From the NCBI GenBank assembly GCA_905178155.1, contig CAJINV010000003.1:7398601-7462600 (forward strand): a stretch of 64,000 bases of DNA, in the 5' to 3' direction. Below, piece after piece: positions 1-13,000 of this stretch (its first letter is position 1; each line of letters begins with the position of its first letter). The DNA comes from Amoebophrya sp. A120. Taxonomy: Eukaryota; Protista; Dinoflagellata. Position numbers and translations under genes: made by a program. Below the pieces are notes generated by a model, which worked only from the letters and a program-made list of their open reading frames with translations, was not told the DNA's origin and did no database searches.

Positions 1-2856
1 TCGATCTTTATCGCGGAAATCGTTGCGTCCACGTTTACCCAAGTCCCGTACAGATCTACGACGCTCGGAAGCGTTGCTTGCGCTACTTCTGTACCTCCGT
101 TCTGCAGGGTGTAATTAGCTTCATTAATATTTACGTCTATAGAAGATTGGACATCCCGACGGAAAACTACAAAACCCGCCACGTGGCGGGCCTGGAAATC
201 TGTCTGCCACCAGTTCGTGCCAGCACTCCCGGTTGAAGCGAAGCACTGCTCACAACGGTCTTTGATGCAGTTTTGAGTAGGATCGCTTCCGGCAGCGTGT
301 CCACCAAGGCCAAAAAGCTCATTGGGCATCCTCCGTAAGAAGACATTACCTGGGAAGTAGCCAGGATTGGCAAAGTCGTCGTCTTTGGAAAAGTATGTTG
401 AGCCGGCCGTTGCCGTTTGTTCGGAGGGGTCCACAAGCTGACCCCAGCATCCGCTCGGAAGGGTGCGCTTCGGCATATAGGCCTCCATTGACTGCCCCGA
501 ACAAGTGCCATACATACCCCAGGCGTCTGCGTTCCTGTTGTGGTTCCCAGGCGATTCGTCCCAAGAAAAGGGTGTCGGGTCCGTGTATGCAGCGAAAAAA
601 TCCAAAGTACACCGACCACCCCCAGATTTGAACGATTTCCTTAGCCCGGCACAGAACCTACTTTACATTTTGATTTTCATTTACTATACGGCAGAAAACT
701 ATATCGGACACGGGCACCCGGTAAAATTTCGTGCCGGCAAAATCCATTGCGTACTTGCCTTCCAAGGGGCACGAGTTGTAACGGTGCTTGACGTGTATGC
801 ATGAAAAACTATTATACCTGTACTTACCACTGTAACAACATGCCAAAGAAATGAAAAGCGAGCGTGGTTGCATGAGGATGGAAGTGTGCACTTCAACTTC
901 TACTTTTCTCTCGAATAAATTGCTTGACCACTTTCCTTGCAAGGCCCCAAAACCACTACGAAGACTTCGCCGGTACTCGTCCACAATGCTGAGAACGGTC
1001 CTGCGACAACTTCCGGTCATAATGGTCGAGTCGCTGTTGGGTTTTGCTTGTAGCTGCTCTTCAAAGTCCTCACCGCGGAGCAGCATCAGGGTGCACAACT
1101 CCGCCTCCCCCTCATCCGTTGTGTATCTACCTACAGTGACACAGACGAGACAAGCTCCAGTCAATGATGCAGTTTCATCAGAAACACAACTCTGTTACCG
1201 AGGATTTGTTTTTTCCTTATCTCGGCTTGCTTCTGAAAGTGTCTGTCATGCACAAAAAATGGCGAAGCAGAAAGTAAAAGTAAGAAGCGTCATCGTCATG
1301 ATGTAGTGGACACCCGTACCCAGCGCCACAGGTCAAGGATCCCCTTCCCGGGGGGTGGGCGAGGAAGCACTTATTTCGGCGACCTCATCAGACAATTTCG
1401 AATAGAAAGGATTGGGTAATACAATTTTGAATGACAAATGAGATGGAGAGGCAGCTGTGCGTTTTCATAAACAAGCGACAGCTGTCAAACATGTCTCCAT
1501 ATCAAGTGCAAATATGCCTGGGTCGGGAAGAATGCAACTTGTGATGCTGTACTTGGATTTGCGTGACGAGCAAGAAAAGTCCAGTTTGTGCTGCGCGGGG
1601 CGGGCATTTCTCATGCGGAATAAGCATCAGAGAGCTCTCGAAAAGTGTCTGATGCTAGGTCATGCATTACAGGCATCACGGGTCACGCAGAATATGCATG
1701 ATGACAAACTCTCCCAAGAAGCTTCCAGACCGCCCAGACATATTTGCATTTGATACTCCAGAATCTGAAACGAATCGAAGTCCCGTGCATTCGACAAGCT
1801 CGGCACAGTACGTAAGGCATTCGTAGTAGGTGCGCAATCCGCTAGCGCGATCGTACAGACCAATCGTATCGATTGCAGCGGCTGTACTATGCACGTTCAC
1901 GTGAATTGGGCAGTCTTCATACAGCGACAACTCCTTCGGCAAAGACGAAGTCGCCCCGGCGCCTCTGCGCAGCTTTGTAGTTGCATCGCTTAACCCAGCC
2001 GCGGCGACAACACGCTGTCCGCGGCGCTTCCGCTTGTCTTCACCTTCTCTCGCCTCATTTATCAACAGAAGTCCCCCCTCCCCATATCAAAACGAAATTT
2101 CTGATGCTAGATTTGGATACACAAATCAAATTTGTGTTGCAGTACAGGACTGCACGCAGATCGCAAGCCTCAGCAGGGGCCTTTTGGTGTAGGCGCCTAG
2201 CATGGTAGACGGCTTCCCTCTAGTAGGCCTTAATACAACACAAGAAATCGTCTGCATGACGTGGCGGACGGCCTGGACCTGCTTTCTTGCAAGACAGACG
2301 CGATTTGTGGCGACAAATCTGCATAACAAATTTTCGGACAATACGGGGAGCGGGGATTTTTCCTTGCAATACCATTATTTGCTTCTTCTACTTCGTACAG
2401 CTCATGCTTTTGCAGTAGAGCTGCGGCAACGTCCGTCGAAAACCCATCCGCAGGAGGAGATGGCGCAGGAGTGTCCTCTCGCAGCGCTGGCGTAACGGAT
2501 CCGGGAGCGAGTCGAGGTGCAGGTCGTGCCGGTTCTTCTACTAATACTTCAGCGCGACCGGTTGTTGATATAGGCTCAAAAGGCTGTCGCTCACGATCGA
2601 GTTGTACTTTCAGCACCTTATCACTTTCCTGCTTGCGGTGGCCCGACCCACCAGCATTGCTGCGACCTCTTGCGGCTCTGTTTGATTTCGGACGTGCTTG
2701 TCCGTGAACCCCGAAAGGACCTCTTTCATTCACCGGGAGAGATTCGTCGCGTTTTGATGCTGTGTTGCTTTGGTTGCGCTGACGCTGCTCCCTTTTTCGC
2801 ACGAAAGGCGTGAAAACACTTACACCGCTCCCATTTGATAGAATCTTGCCGGACAC
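1..2856 (-). CDS. Hypothetical multi-exon gene, probably running off the left edge
   Basis: Successive minus-strand ORF pieces (2230-2856, 1676-2065, 658-1164, 346-612). Removing element 1500-1755 plus one CTCCA keeps the 1676-2065 frame open (LRFVSDSG|DMFDSCRLF). No recognisable domain; exon boundaries uncertain. Confidence 0.4.
1290..1389. repeat. ~100 bp dispersed repeat, copy 1 (copy 2 at 42252-42353)
   Basis: Shared blocks TGGACACCC, CAGCGCCAC, CCCGGGGGGTGGGCGAGGA, GGAAGCACTT and TTCGGCGACCTCATC in the same order. Confidence 0.8.
1500..1755. mobile_element. Family A MITE-like introner
   Basis: Ends TATCAAGTGCAAATATG...CATATTTGCATTTGATA; 5-bp direct repeat CTCCA on both sides. Confidence 0.9.
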
Positions 2857-5800
2857 CAGTGCTGCTTGGTCTGAAAAAGAAAACCGTTAATTATCCCCTC
2901 CTCCATGTATCAGAAAAATCATGCTTGGCAGACTGCTCTCCCTAACTGGGATCACCGGCGAGGGACAAGGCCGCGGCAGGGCACCTTGTCGGGACCAAAT
3001 AAACACACAGCGCCAGCTATAAAGCTTGGGCCCCGTCGATCGCAGTCTCTCGCTCACAACGTCAAATAAATGCCTCGATCAACAAGATCGCTGTCCTTTA
3101 CCACGGTAGATTTCACATTGCACAAGAATCGAAATGGAACGCTCTGCCTTGTTGTGTAAAGTGCATGCGACATGATGAATTTATTCTGTTCGGCGTTTTC
3201 GCCTTAGAATTCCCTTCTACGACCTCTCAGTCTCATCATCTGTATATCCGTGGTGGCGGAATGCAGCCTTTCCATAGCGCATCCCGATTTCGCCCCAGGT
3301 GCGCGAGAATAGGATGAATACCGCAGCACAGACTCGCACTATGCTGCATGAAAAATTTGCATGAGTGCTTGTGCTTGTACAGCCTGCACAGCTCATCTCC
3401 AATAGTTCGTTGCTCCGTGATTGCATCTGAACAAGCTCCATCGTTATCAATTTAGTTTTTCATGCCGGACAAAATAGCTCAAAAAATCATGATTTTTTTG
3501 TCTGGAGAGGTGACCGCATTTCCTTTTTTGATACTCGAGCTGCGTTCTCTTTGGGCGGTGCTACGTGAAAACCAGGCACCAGAACACCACACGCTGTTGA
3601 AAGAGCAACAACTGAAACGAGTGCTCGCGAAATCTTCTTCCCGCCACGTTCCATGTCCACGAACGGACCAGATACCAAAGCAAAACCTTGAATCGAGTCA
3701 CGAGAAACTTGTTGAAACCTCTCGCGCTTGGCGAAGCGCGCTTTTATCGCTGTGCGCTTGGGTTGTACAAGCGTGCTAGACCGAAACGCAACACGCGTTT
3801 TTTAGACAAAAATAGCCTTGATCTCGAATATGCATGCTGCACCCCACACCGCAAACACTCAGTACTTCTACTTACACTATCTTCAACTCCAACATGCAGT
3901 TTACCACATAAAATGAAAAATCAAAATGCCCAGGCTCGCATTACAGATTTCGCTTTGATACCAAGCCACGTAGCATGAGCAAACGTGCTGTGGCAATCCC
4001 TGGCCCTTCTCTCGCTACTGGCACCCGAGGACAACGAATACAGCTAGCGAGGTAAAAGTATTTGTTCATGGAGAAAATACGAAACTTTCAACATGCATGG
4101 TTTAAGCATGGCAATTGGCAAATAGAAATACCTCGCATATCTATCTAGTAGTATTGCAGCCTCATTCCGGTCGATGGTGCTACACCATCTGGTTCTATTT
4201 AGGACCGAAAAGATGCCGCCCACACTACAGGGCGCGACTGTGTTTACAAAAGTTGTCTTTCAAAGTTGACCATGACGACCACGAAGCTAAATTCAATATA
4301 TATTCTGCCTCGCCTTCAACGAATGTCCCATGCATTTACCACGTTGAAGTTGATTTCCTACAGTGGCTACATTTATACACAGGCCCACGCGGATGTGAAA
4401 CTCCAAGCGCCCTGGGCGGCTACGCCGCTCATCTTTTCTGGTTCCTGGTTGAGCATCGATATCGACGGAAAGCTCTACGCGCCACCAGCTCGCCCAGACC
4501 TTTCAAGTCATTATTAGACTACCCAAATTCAAGGCCAGCCTCAAAATCAATACGTCTCTTGTTTGCTATTGATGACAGACTCAATACTTGCAGGCCTTTG
4601 TTCGCTAGTGATGTTGAACTGGTTCTCAGCAAACAAAGGAACTAGGCCTTGCACAGGAAACTCCTATATCGCTCAACTGTGCATCAAAGAGCCCGACAAC
4701 TCAATCGCACGCATGCGCTGCTTCTGCGAGAAATTTGTATCCCTGTCGGGCGATTTTAGGCGAGGTGCCTTCATATCTCACGTGCAGGACGCCGCCGCCG
4801 TTTTGTATTTAGCCCCGACGAAATGAACGAGAGAGTAAAGAGTGAAAACACAAGGCGTGCCTGTGGCGCTGCACACTGATTTTTCATTCTGTCTGAGGCG
4901 ATTTGTTCGCTCAACTTAGGAGGAAGGATAAATTTCTTACGCTGTGAGTGGCCATGTAACTCAACAGTCGGACGTCCGGCCGTCACGCTGAATGGCCGCG
5001 TACGAAACCCCTGTCTCGAAAAATCGAATCCCCGCAGGTTTGATTTTGAACGGGAGGAGACACCAAAGCTAGCTGCGGTGCAAAAATACTTCCGGGGGGG
5101 GCGCTAGACTCGCATAAAAAAATTATCGAGCGCGGATACTTTATGTCAGTGATTGAGAGGCCGAGATCTTGAATGCAGCGCCCCAAATTTCAAAGAAACA
5201 GTGTTAGTGCCAGTGAGCGCCGCTCCTTACTGTTACTAATTTGCAGCGGCTGACAAGAAAAAAAGCGAATGGACAACCCGCCCTCTTTGCCATGCGCGAC
5301 CATCATAACACACACTTCGCGGCCCGCCGACGTCTAAGCAAAGCAATACTTGACCCCTCGACAACATGACCCAACGAGATGACCAACGAGATGATCTGCT
5401 ATCTACTTTGCGAGCTGCCTAATGCTAGAAGTCATCTTCGAGCCTTCCCCTTGGCGGGCTACTCCGCCACGGGGACGCCGACGCCAACATCTTGGGCATA
5501 GTTTAGTTACCCCGCCTTCAAGACTGCTCTTGTAAGCCGTCTATCACTTCCAGATTTTCGAGGACGCAGGAGGGAGCTAGTAGACCTCTACGCGCCACTA
5601 GCTCGTCCAGCCCTCCAAAATATCGTCCCTACGGAAAAACAGAGGGCGCAATACCGAGCACCATTGCCACAATAACAGTCGGAGCTCCGCCATTGCGATC
5701 ATCAAATTTCTTCCAGTTCCAAGACTGCGACTTTATGTGTCACTAGTATCGTCGATCTTCTGAGAAAGTTCCTGTGGGGTGCTATCGATCCTGACGATGG

Positions 5801-7045
5801 ATTGATAAAGGCCGCACTCAATACTCTCTGCGGAGTCGTAACCTCCCTCAACTTCTAACTAGGTACACACTGGCTGCTCGGCCTACACATTCATATCCGG
5901 AAGATGAGACACGCAACAGCGTCATAAATTCTCTTCTTGATCTCAACAAACGACAAACGGAAACGCGCTCGGATGCTTCGCTTTTCATAAACGCGCCGCA
6001 TTAGCATATTAGTGACAATCTGTTCCTCGCATCTATCATGTTCCAGCTGTCTGCTGGGATTCCAGCAACAAATCTATTCGATTTTCATCAGCTGTAAAAG
6101 TTCGGCATGTCATGCTAGCTCACTGGGATATATGGAAAGAGAAACGCTCATGGCATTCGCAGCTAGAATCAGAAAGAAGTGAAACCTACAACGACTTCAT
6201 CTATTTTTTTGCCAAGTGAGAGCTCCTGCTCCGGCCCCTGCCTTGTTAGATAGTTACTTATGCTGCGAAACATTCACTGGTGGTCTTGATGTAGGCTTCC
6301 TGACGAAGAACTACAACCACACCGAATATCTGCAGAGATCAATTCCAATGGAATCCATTGTTTTTCGTAAAATTATAAAAATGAAAATTAATTTTGTTGT
6401 TCGTACAATAAAAACAATTAGCGGCGTACTCGAGAGAGAAGCCGAGTTAGAAACCGCAGGATGCTGGGGTGAGAAAAGAGGGCTGTCTCGCGCCTCGGCG
6501 GTGGGAAAGGAAAAGGTTCTCGGGTAGGTCTGTTTATCATCTCTCGATAACGCCGAAGAGCTAGCTGCACGGTGAAATTCTTATGAAATGAACATGATGC
6601 TCCTGGGTAGGATTGATTAGGATATCTGGGACTTGTTTTTTAAACATGTTGCGACAAATAATCTTTAAATCGTACACTTGCTGCTATAGTCGTGAACCGG
6701 TGCAGTGTCATAGGAAGACAATAAATCATATGCGATACAGCTAGTACTGCAGGAATCCGTCAAATTTTCAGCTTCGAAAAAGTCATCACGCTGAAGAATC
6801 GATAGCTACCCCGTCAAGCGCGCTAAGCGTCCGCCGGAATACCGTGTAAAGATGTCAGGGTTCAACTCCGCAGAGGACGAAGCGACACAGTCTTCCCCTT
6901 GATGCATGCAGCAAACCAAGAAAGACTGACTAAGATTTTGTTGCGAGGCTCAATCGGCCTGCCATCTGAAGAACAAACTGATCCTTACAAATCATATAAG
7001 TGAGAAAATCAAATCCAGTGTCCTCGCTCGACATGAATCCGGCCA

Positions 7046-10000
7046 TTATACACGACACAGTTCATTGCCAATCTGATGTCTTTTGGCATTGACTTCGAGT
7101 CTGACTTTAAGTTTGACCCTGACATGATGCTTCCAGTGCATAACGAGCGTCACTTCATCAAGGCCATGGGGCTCCCCCTTTTCCAAGCGCTGTTCGGCCG
7201 CTACGAAGGCCGCACAGGATATCCAGGAAAAAAAATGCATACAGATCACACTATGGCAATTTCTATTCTTCTCCGCAGGCACAATGTCCATGATGTCCAT
7301 GACAAAAAGACATATCTGCATGAAGAACGAATGCGCTGCTGCCACACTCACTGCAAGCCAGATTTATTTCCACCGTCTGTCATAGCATTTGGTTGACTAA
7401 ATTTTTTTGAAATTGCAAACCTGCGACAGTGATGCATGGCTTCTCTGCATAAAGCCGCGATATGAAAGGTTCGGCCGGAAATTCTTCCGAATGGAAGCAC
7501 ATAAAATACTATTTTCTTTTGAAGCCCCTGGTACCTGTCTCCAAAAACTGCGCACGTACGCAATCAATGAATGTACACTCCTGAATCCTTCCGACAAGGA
7601 GTCTTTTGCTTCTCATGCTGCTTCTCTTTACCTTAGCGCAAAGCTGCAAGCAACTCGTTGTCGTTGAGCAGCACTTGCAGCTTGTAGAGAAATCACGAAG
7701 ACAAACACAAAAGATATGATCCGGAGGAAATAAAACAGACCCACCCTATTATACTTGTTGTATATGCAAATCTGGGATGTGCGAGAGTTCCGCTTCTGTT
7801 CTGTAATGTGGAGAGAAGCGCTGGGCTGAACGAGGCCAATCGCGATTATGGCTTCATACAACATGCAAAGCTATTCTTCCATTTTACCCGAATCCCCTGT
7901 CAAGCTATCATACCCGAATCATGTTGTTGACGAGGTCCACCTATCAGAATGAAAAAATCCTCCCACACAGCAAAGATAGATTTGTGTTGCTCGATTCGAT
8001 GAGATGCAACGAACAAGAACAAGATTATTTTGGCATGCGCAATACCTTAATCAACGACTCACCAACAAGCACCATTTTGCCAGCCACTACCTCGGGTAAT
8101 GACATCGGAAGGTCTGGCCTGACATTTTGATTGTCAGCCCAGCTATGTGTAGTCATACGGCTTTCTCCATTTTTTTCACCCGTCATCTATACTCATGCCC
8201 ACACATTGAGCAACACGAATTCGACTCACTACCCAGCATTCGAGTAAGAATCTATTAATCTTCAATGTGGGGATCGGGATGGCATTTTTCCGCACGATAC
8301 CACCTCGGACTTGCCTAAACGATCGGAATTCGATATCACATGGGAAAGTGTCCCTACTAGTCCAGAATGTTCAAAATCTTTTCTCGTCTTCGTCATTCTG
8401 ATTGGGAACGAATATATAAGAATCACCACATTTAGCCATGCATAGGAGGACGCTTCTGGTGCTTCTACCAGCGTCAGCGCGTGCAAGTGGAGAGACCGAC
8501 GGCGACGCAAAACGCTGGCATGACAATTGCAACAAAGCAACTTTATTTGCAGTTGCGGACCTTAAAACGTACAAAATTTTGCATTCGATCATTTACTTCT
8601 TCAACTTTGCGATAATTCCTCGAAGACTTTTATTTCCGGTGGTGCATTGACACCGCGGGCGTTCAGGTTTCCAATCAGAATGAGGCTTTCCTGTACATTT
8701 CTGGTTACCAGGGCATGCTTTTTATTTCCATATTCGAAATGTCCCAGACGCCCCCACTGCTGTCGCTATCCACACCGGCGCCACCTGTTGAGTTTTGATC
8801 TTGGTCAACACCTTTCGAGGCTCTTTCATATTCGAGGCAAACCATGGATTCTCTGTACTAATGTGAAGTAACTAGTATTTGCCTGCATTTTTATCGTCGA
8901 ACAACTGCCAGACGAAGGATGGTGCATCGATTCATCTATCTGGGCTTGAGTACCGGGGGCGTTGCTAACCGCCCAAACCAACATAAACATATGAAGAAGC
9001 ATTGGGATCATGCTCACAGGATTGGCACTTGGAAGCCTTCCGTTTATCACTATCATTCCAACTACATTCAGGTAGAGTCCTCTTTTGTATTTGTACCTAG
9101 AACGAAGTACTCACAACAGCAAAAAAGGGACAACGAAGTAGCAATGTTCCCCAGTCTAGGCCTAGGGAAAAAGCTGTCTGTGCACCGAAGAAACAGTACC
9201 TCGCGGTTGCAGGCTGAACTTTTTGCAGACTGCCTTGAAGTCGGGCAGTGCCGACAGAAGCGGGATCTTTACCATTACGCTGGCACGCAGGCCTGTTCCG
9301 AGATTTGACGGGCAGACGAGCACGTATCCCAGATGGTCGTTGTGCATGAAGTCGTAGTATCGTCTGGAAAAAACTGTTCCCTACCCGTACTCAAACGGAA
9401 ACTTTGTTTCACGCACGATTTAAGTGCAGCAGAAGTCGAGCCGTATTGTTAGAAACCAAAGCGCCAAACAAACTTGAAGATGCGGACTGGTTTGCAGGCT
9501 GCAATTTGGTGTGCTACAACTACTTCCGGCAGTGCAGTTGCTCTCTGTCAAGCTGAACACACAGCGTAGTCTTTCCCTCGTCCCGGACAGCAATTGTACA
9601 CATCGCGTTTCTACTTCCGCCCCTCGTCTGCCGTGACAACTACGTGCCTTGTGATCAGAAATCATACTACATTGCAAAAACAATCCCAGTTCGAGTAGTT
9701 AGTATGGGAAGGGATAATTTTTCCTTTTGGTACATAGCCCTCGGCCTTAACGACGTCTTGCACAGCGTTGCACCCTGTTGCAAACCGCGAAAATACCTCC
9801 TTGATGTCGGCGCCCATCTGCATGGATATGATCCGGGTGTGGTCCTCCTCGTTCACCCAGACCTATCCTGTGTAAAACAACCGTCGTCCCCACCCCAAAA
9901 CCAAGATGGCGGTTTTTCTACACGACAAGCCGAGAAGTTTCGGGCTCGGGCTCGGCTGTTGCGGACTACAAGTTCGCTCTATGTATTGGTGATAAGCGCT

Positions 10001-13000
10001 AGCGCCGCACTGGCATCACAAGTCGATCATCTTAAACTTACAAATATTTCCTGAAGAAGATTGATTACATCACAAAGAAATTCCACAATAGCATTTAGAA
10101 AAAAAATCCTGATGGGGCCGGGCTGCGGCTGCGCATCCGAAATATCGTCTAAGTACTACGCATACAGATATTTATTGTGAGACATATCTATACTTATGGG
10201 GTGGCGGGGGCGACGTTTCTACTGAGCATAAGACCAGGAAGTTCTTCTTGTCGTTGAAGAAAATTCCGTATCAGTGTGCAAAACTCACCGCTCTCTGTAT
10301 CATAGCAAAAATAGCATCAGAAACGACAGCAGAGGCGCAGCTTCTGTGTGACAGGAGATCCCGGCACATAGTTGGAGTCGAGTGCTACAACAGCTTGTCA
10401 TCACCATGCAAGTCAGTGCTCAAAGGCAACGGCATGGGTTGCAATTTAAATTTTGCCTGTCAAAGAAGCGGGAGGGGGGGTTGTGCACTGTCATATTCCG
10501 CGCGCGTCCGGCCAGTGTCGACCCATGCCCCCCGAAAGTAGCAGTGTGGAGTCCGGCTCTTGAAAGAGGAAGTGGTCGTTTCGGAGTTTCTCCTCCTCTT
10601 CGTAAGTGATCCCGTTAGGCTTGGGTTCGTACGACTTGCTGCCCACGTATGAAAGTGCAGAACTCCCGCTCCGCCTGCTTGCACTTGCTTCTAGAAGGGC
10701 ATGATGAAGATGAACAAGAGCAAAATACAAATAGTAGCAGACGCAACACCAGTATATTAACAGAGTAGTTGTAGTTGACAAACGAACCTTCATTCGAGAC
10801 GGACAATCTGCGGCTATTTCCGCTCCAGGAGCTCGTCACGCAGGCAGCGTACAATTGCCAAAAAGCTGAGCATGGAAATCGAAATCCTAATCCAACCGGT
10901 GCTGCACCTCATCGCACTATTGGTATTGCTCTCAATTTCGCATCACAAGTGTAAATGAAAACTAGGGGGAGCTGTGCAGGGTCGCTTCATACCGCGAGCG
11001 GATAGTAGTCGCCTTTCAGATCCCCTTCCAAGGTCATCAGTGCCTTCACCACTACTCGTTCAAGCTCCCGCCATCATCGCAGCGTAAAGCACACTCATAC
11101 CAGAAATCAACCGGATCAATTTCACGTAGGTGTGTTTCCGGGACAGAAAGTTTTGCGATGCTGATCTGCAGCAGGGGCAGGGTTCTGTCATGCATCCTGG
11201 AGCATGGAAGTAATGCAGACCAGCGTGACAAAGGTTTGTCATGCTCAACAAACAGCCTGATTTCTGGCTCCTGACCTGAAAAATGAAAAAAGCATTACAA
11301 CTACGAAACTCATTTTTTTCTGGCATGGGTGTAGTTCTTTCCTGTTGGGTAGGCGGTCCTCCTTGGTGCATGCCGGCGGGAGCCGCAGGCCGCGAACGCT
11401 TCGCCCGGTCCGCACGCGGGAAGATATCACGTACTGCCCCGTCGGATCAATGTCAGTGGAGTCCAGCTATCCGCTGAAAATCTTTCAGGGTCAGGAACGA
11501 AAGAGCCGAAAATTGCTATTTCTATGTTGAAATGTGGCGGCTCCTTCCGGGCAACATCTCCACCAAGTAAAGGTGGCGGGAGCGGTCTAGTCTCGTTTTA
11601 CGTCAATACATTTGAATAGGAGAAACAGCTAGAGTTTATGACTTACAACAGAGGACATCATAACGTCAATGTCAACCGACGAGCAGCATGACAGCACACT
11701 GCGCGTTGCATTCGTTTTCCTTTTCGCTCTTTTCACCTTGCTGACATGAGTGCTTGCAAGCATACCAGCTTCGAGATGTCCATATCTGTGGGGTGGACTG
11801 CGTCTGCCGCATAGCCGCCGTATCAAATGTAAAAGTGTCTGGGTCTGGAAGAATGCAACTTGTGATGCTGCATTTGGATTCCAAAAAAATTTGTATTGCA
11901 TGAGTACCAAAGGAAAGGCAATTTTTGCTACGCTGAGAAGGCATTTGTCATGCGGAATACGCATCAAGAAGCCCTCAAAAAATCTGTATTGCTATGGGGT
12001 GCATCACAGATATCATGGCTCATGCAAAACGTGCACGACAAGTGTCAGATTCTTCCAGACCCAGACACTTTTACAGTTGATACGCCGTGTCGGATGTCAA
12101 TGATCGGGTCAAACAATTTCGCAAAAACCTGCCAAAATGCACGTACAGTTCACCTTCTCCTTCACATTATCAACAAACTCTTAAATATAAAATATTCTCT
12201 TTTGCGATGCGCGATATGAGGCTGGGACGAAGCAACTACGAGGAAAAAAAAAAGTTGCCGTACGTTGTAGCTCTCCTCATCCCCGGCGACGATACCGCAA
12301 GTCTTGATCATCGGGTGGCCCTTGTTGTCCATGCCCGTTTTGATGCAGCGCGCGAGGCCGACGCCCATCTCCGTTTTGAGGTCCTTGAGTTCGGCGTACA
12401 GGTCGGGATTCGCCTTGAGCACATCCGTCATAATGCTGTTGTGGTGGGACAAGTCGGGGCACTCGTCCGGGCACACGTCGTGGGGGAAGCCGGGATACTC
12501 CTCATCCCCGAGGCCGGGCATGAATTCGTAGATAAACTCGCCCTTCTCCAGCGCTTGTTCCATCTTGATCAACTTCGCACAGCCCTCGATCATGTTGTTC
12601 ACGAGAGCCACCTCAGACACGCCTAACCGGTCCGAGTTCGAGATGTCAAAAATCCCTCCCACGGCGCCGGAATCCACTCCCGCACCCCCGCGGGCCTGCA
12701 AACGCATCCCCTTGCAGATGTCACGGAAGTCGTGTCGGGCGGACAACTTGGGCAGCTATTTGAACAATTTGGGACTTGTTCGAGGGTGGTTCCAGCTTTG
12801 GAACATTGAAAACAAAAAGCACAACTGAAAAGGACGAACAAAACGCGTATGATCAGTTCGAGCTGTATGTGTAGCTGTATCTCTATCTTCACCACCGAAG
12901 CTACCACATTTACCCGAAGTGGATAGTTAATATGGGCGTGCGGGACTGCAAACCAGAACAAGGAGGAGCAGTAGAAAATCTATGCACAGGTAAAATAAAA

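Noticed and set aside
1345-1395. Hammerhead or HDV-like ribozyme on the minus strand (CTGATGAGGTCGCCGAAA; TCCTCGC)
   Set aside because: No stem III with an NUH site and no HDV P1 pairing could be built; the second copy lacks CTGATGA.
4400-5620. Short similarity CTCTACGCGCCAC.AGCTCG.CCAG at ~4473 and ~5586
   Set aside because: Too short and diverged to define an element, and no convincing gene in 2.9-7 kb.
11821-12082. Tc1/mariner-type MITE with TA target duplication
   Set aside because: A variable 5-bp direct repeat lies outside the TA in each intact copy, so TA belongs to the element end.
11629-12103. Recurrent peptides such as [19 protein letters not shown] and [15 protein letters not shown] as a small protein family
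   Set aside because: They are translations of the family A terminal repeat in various frames.
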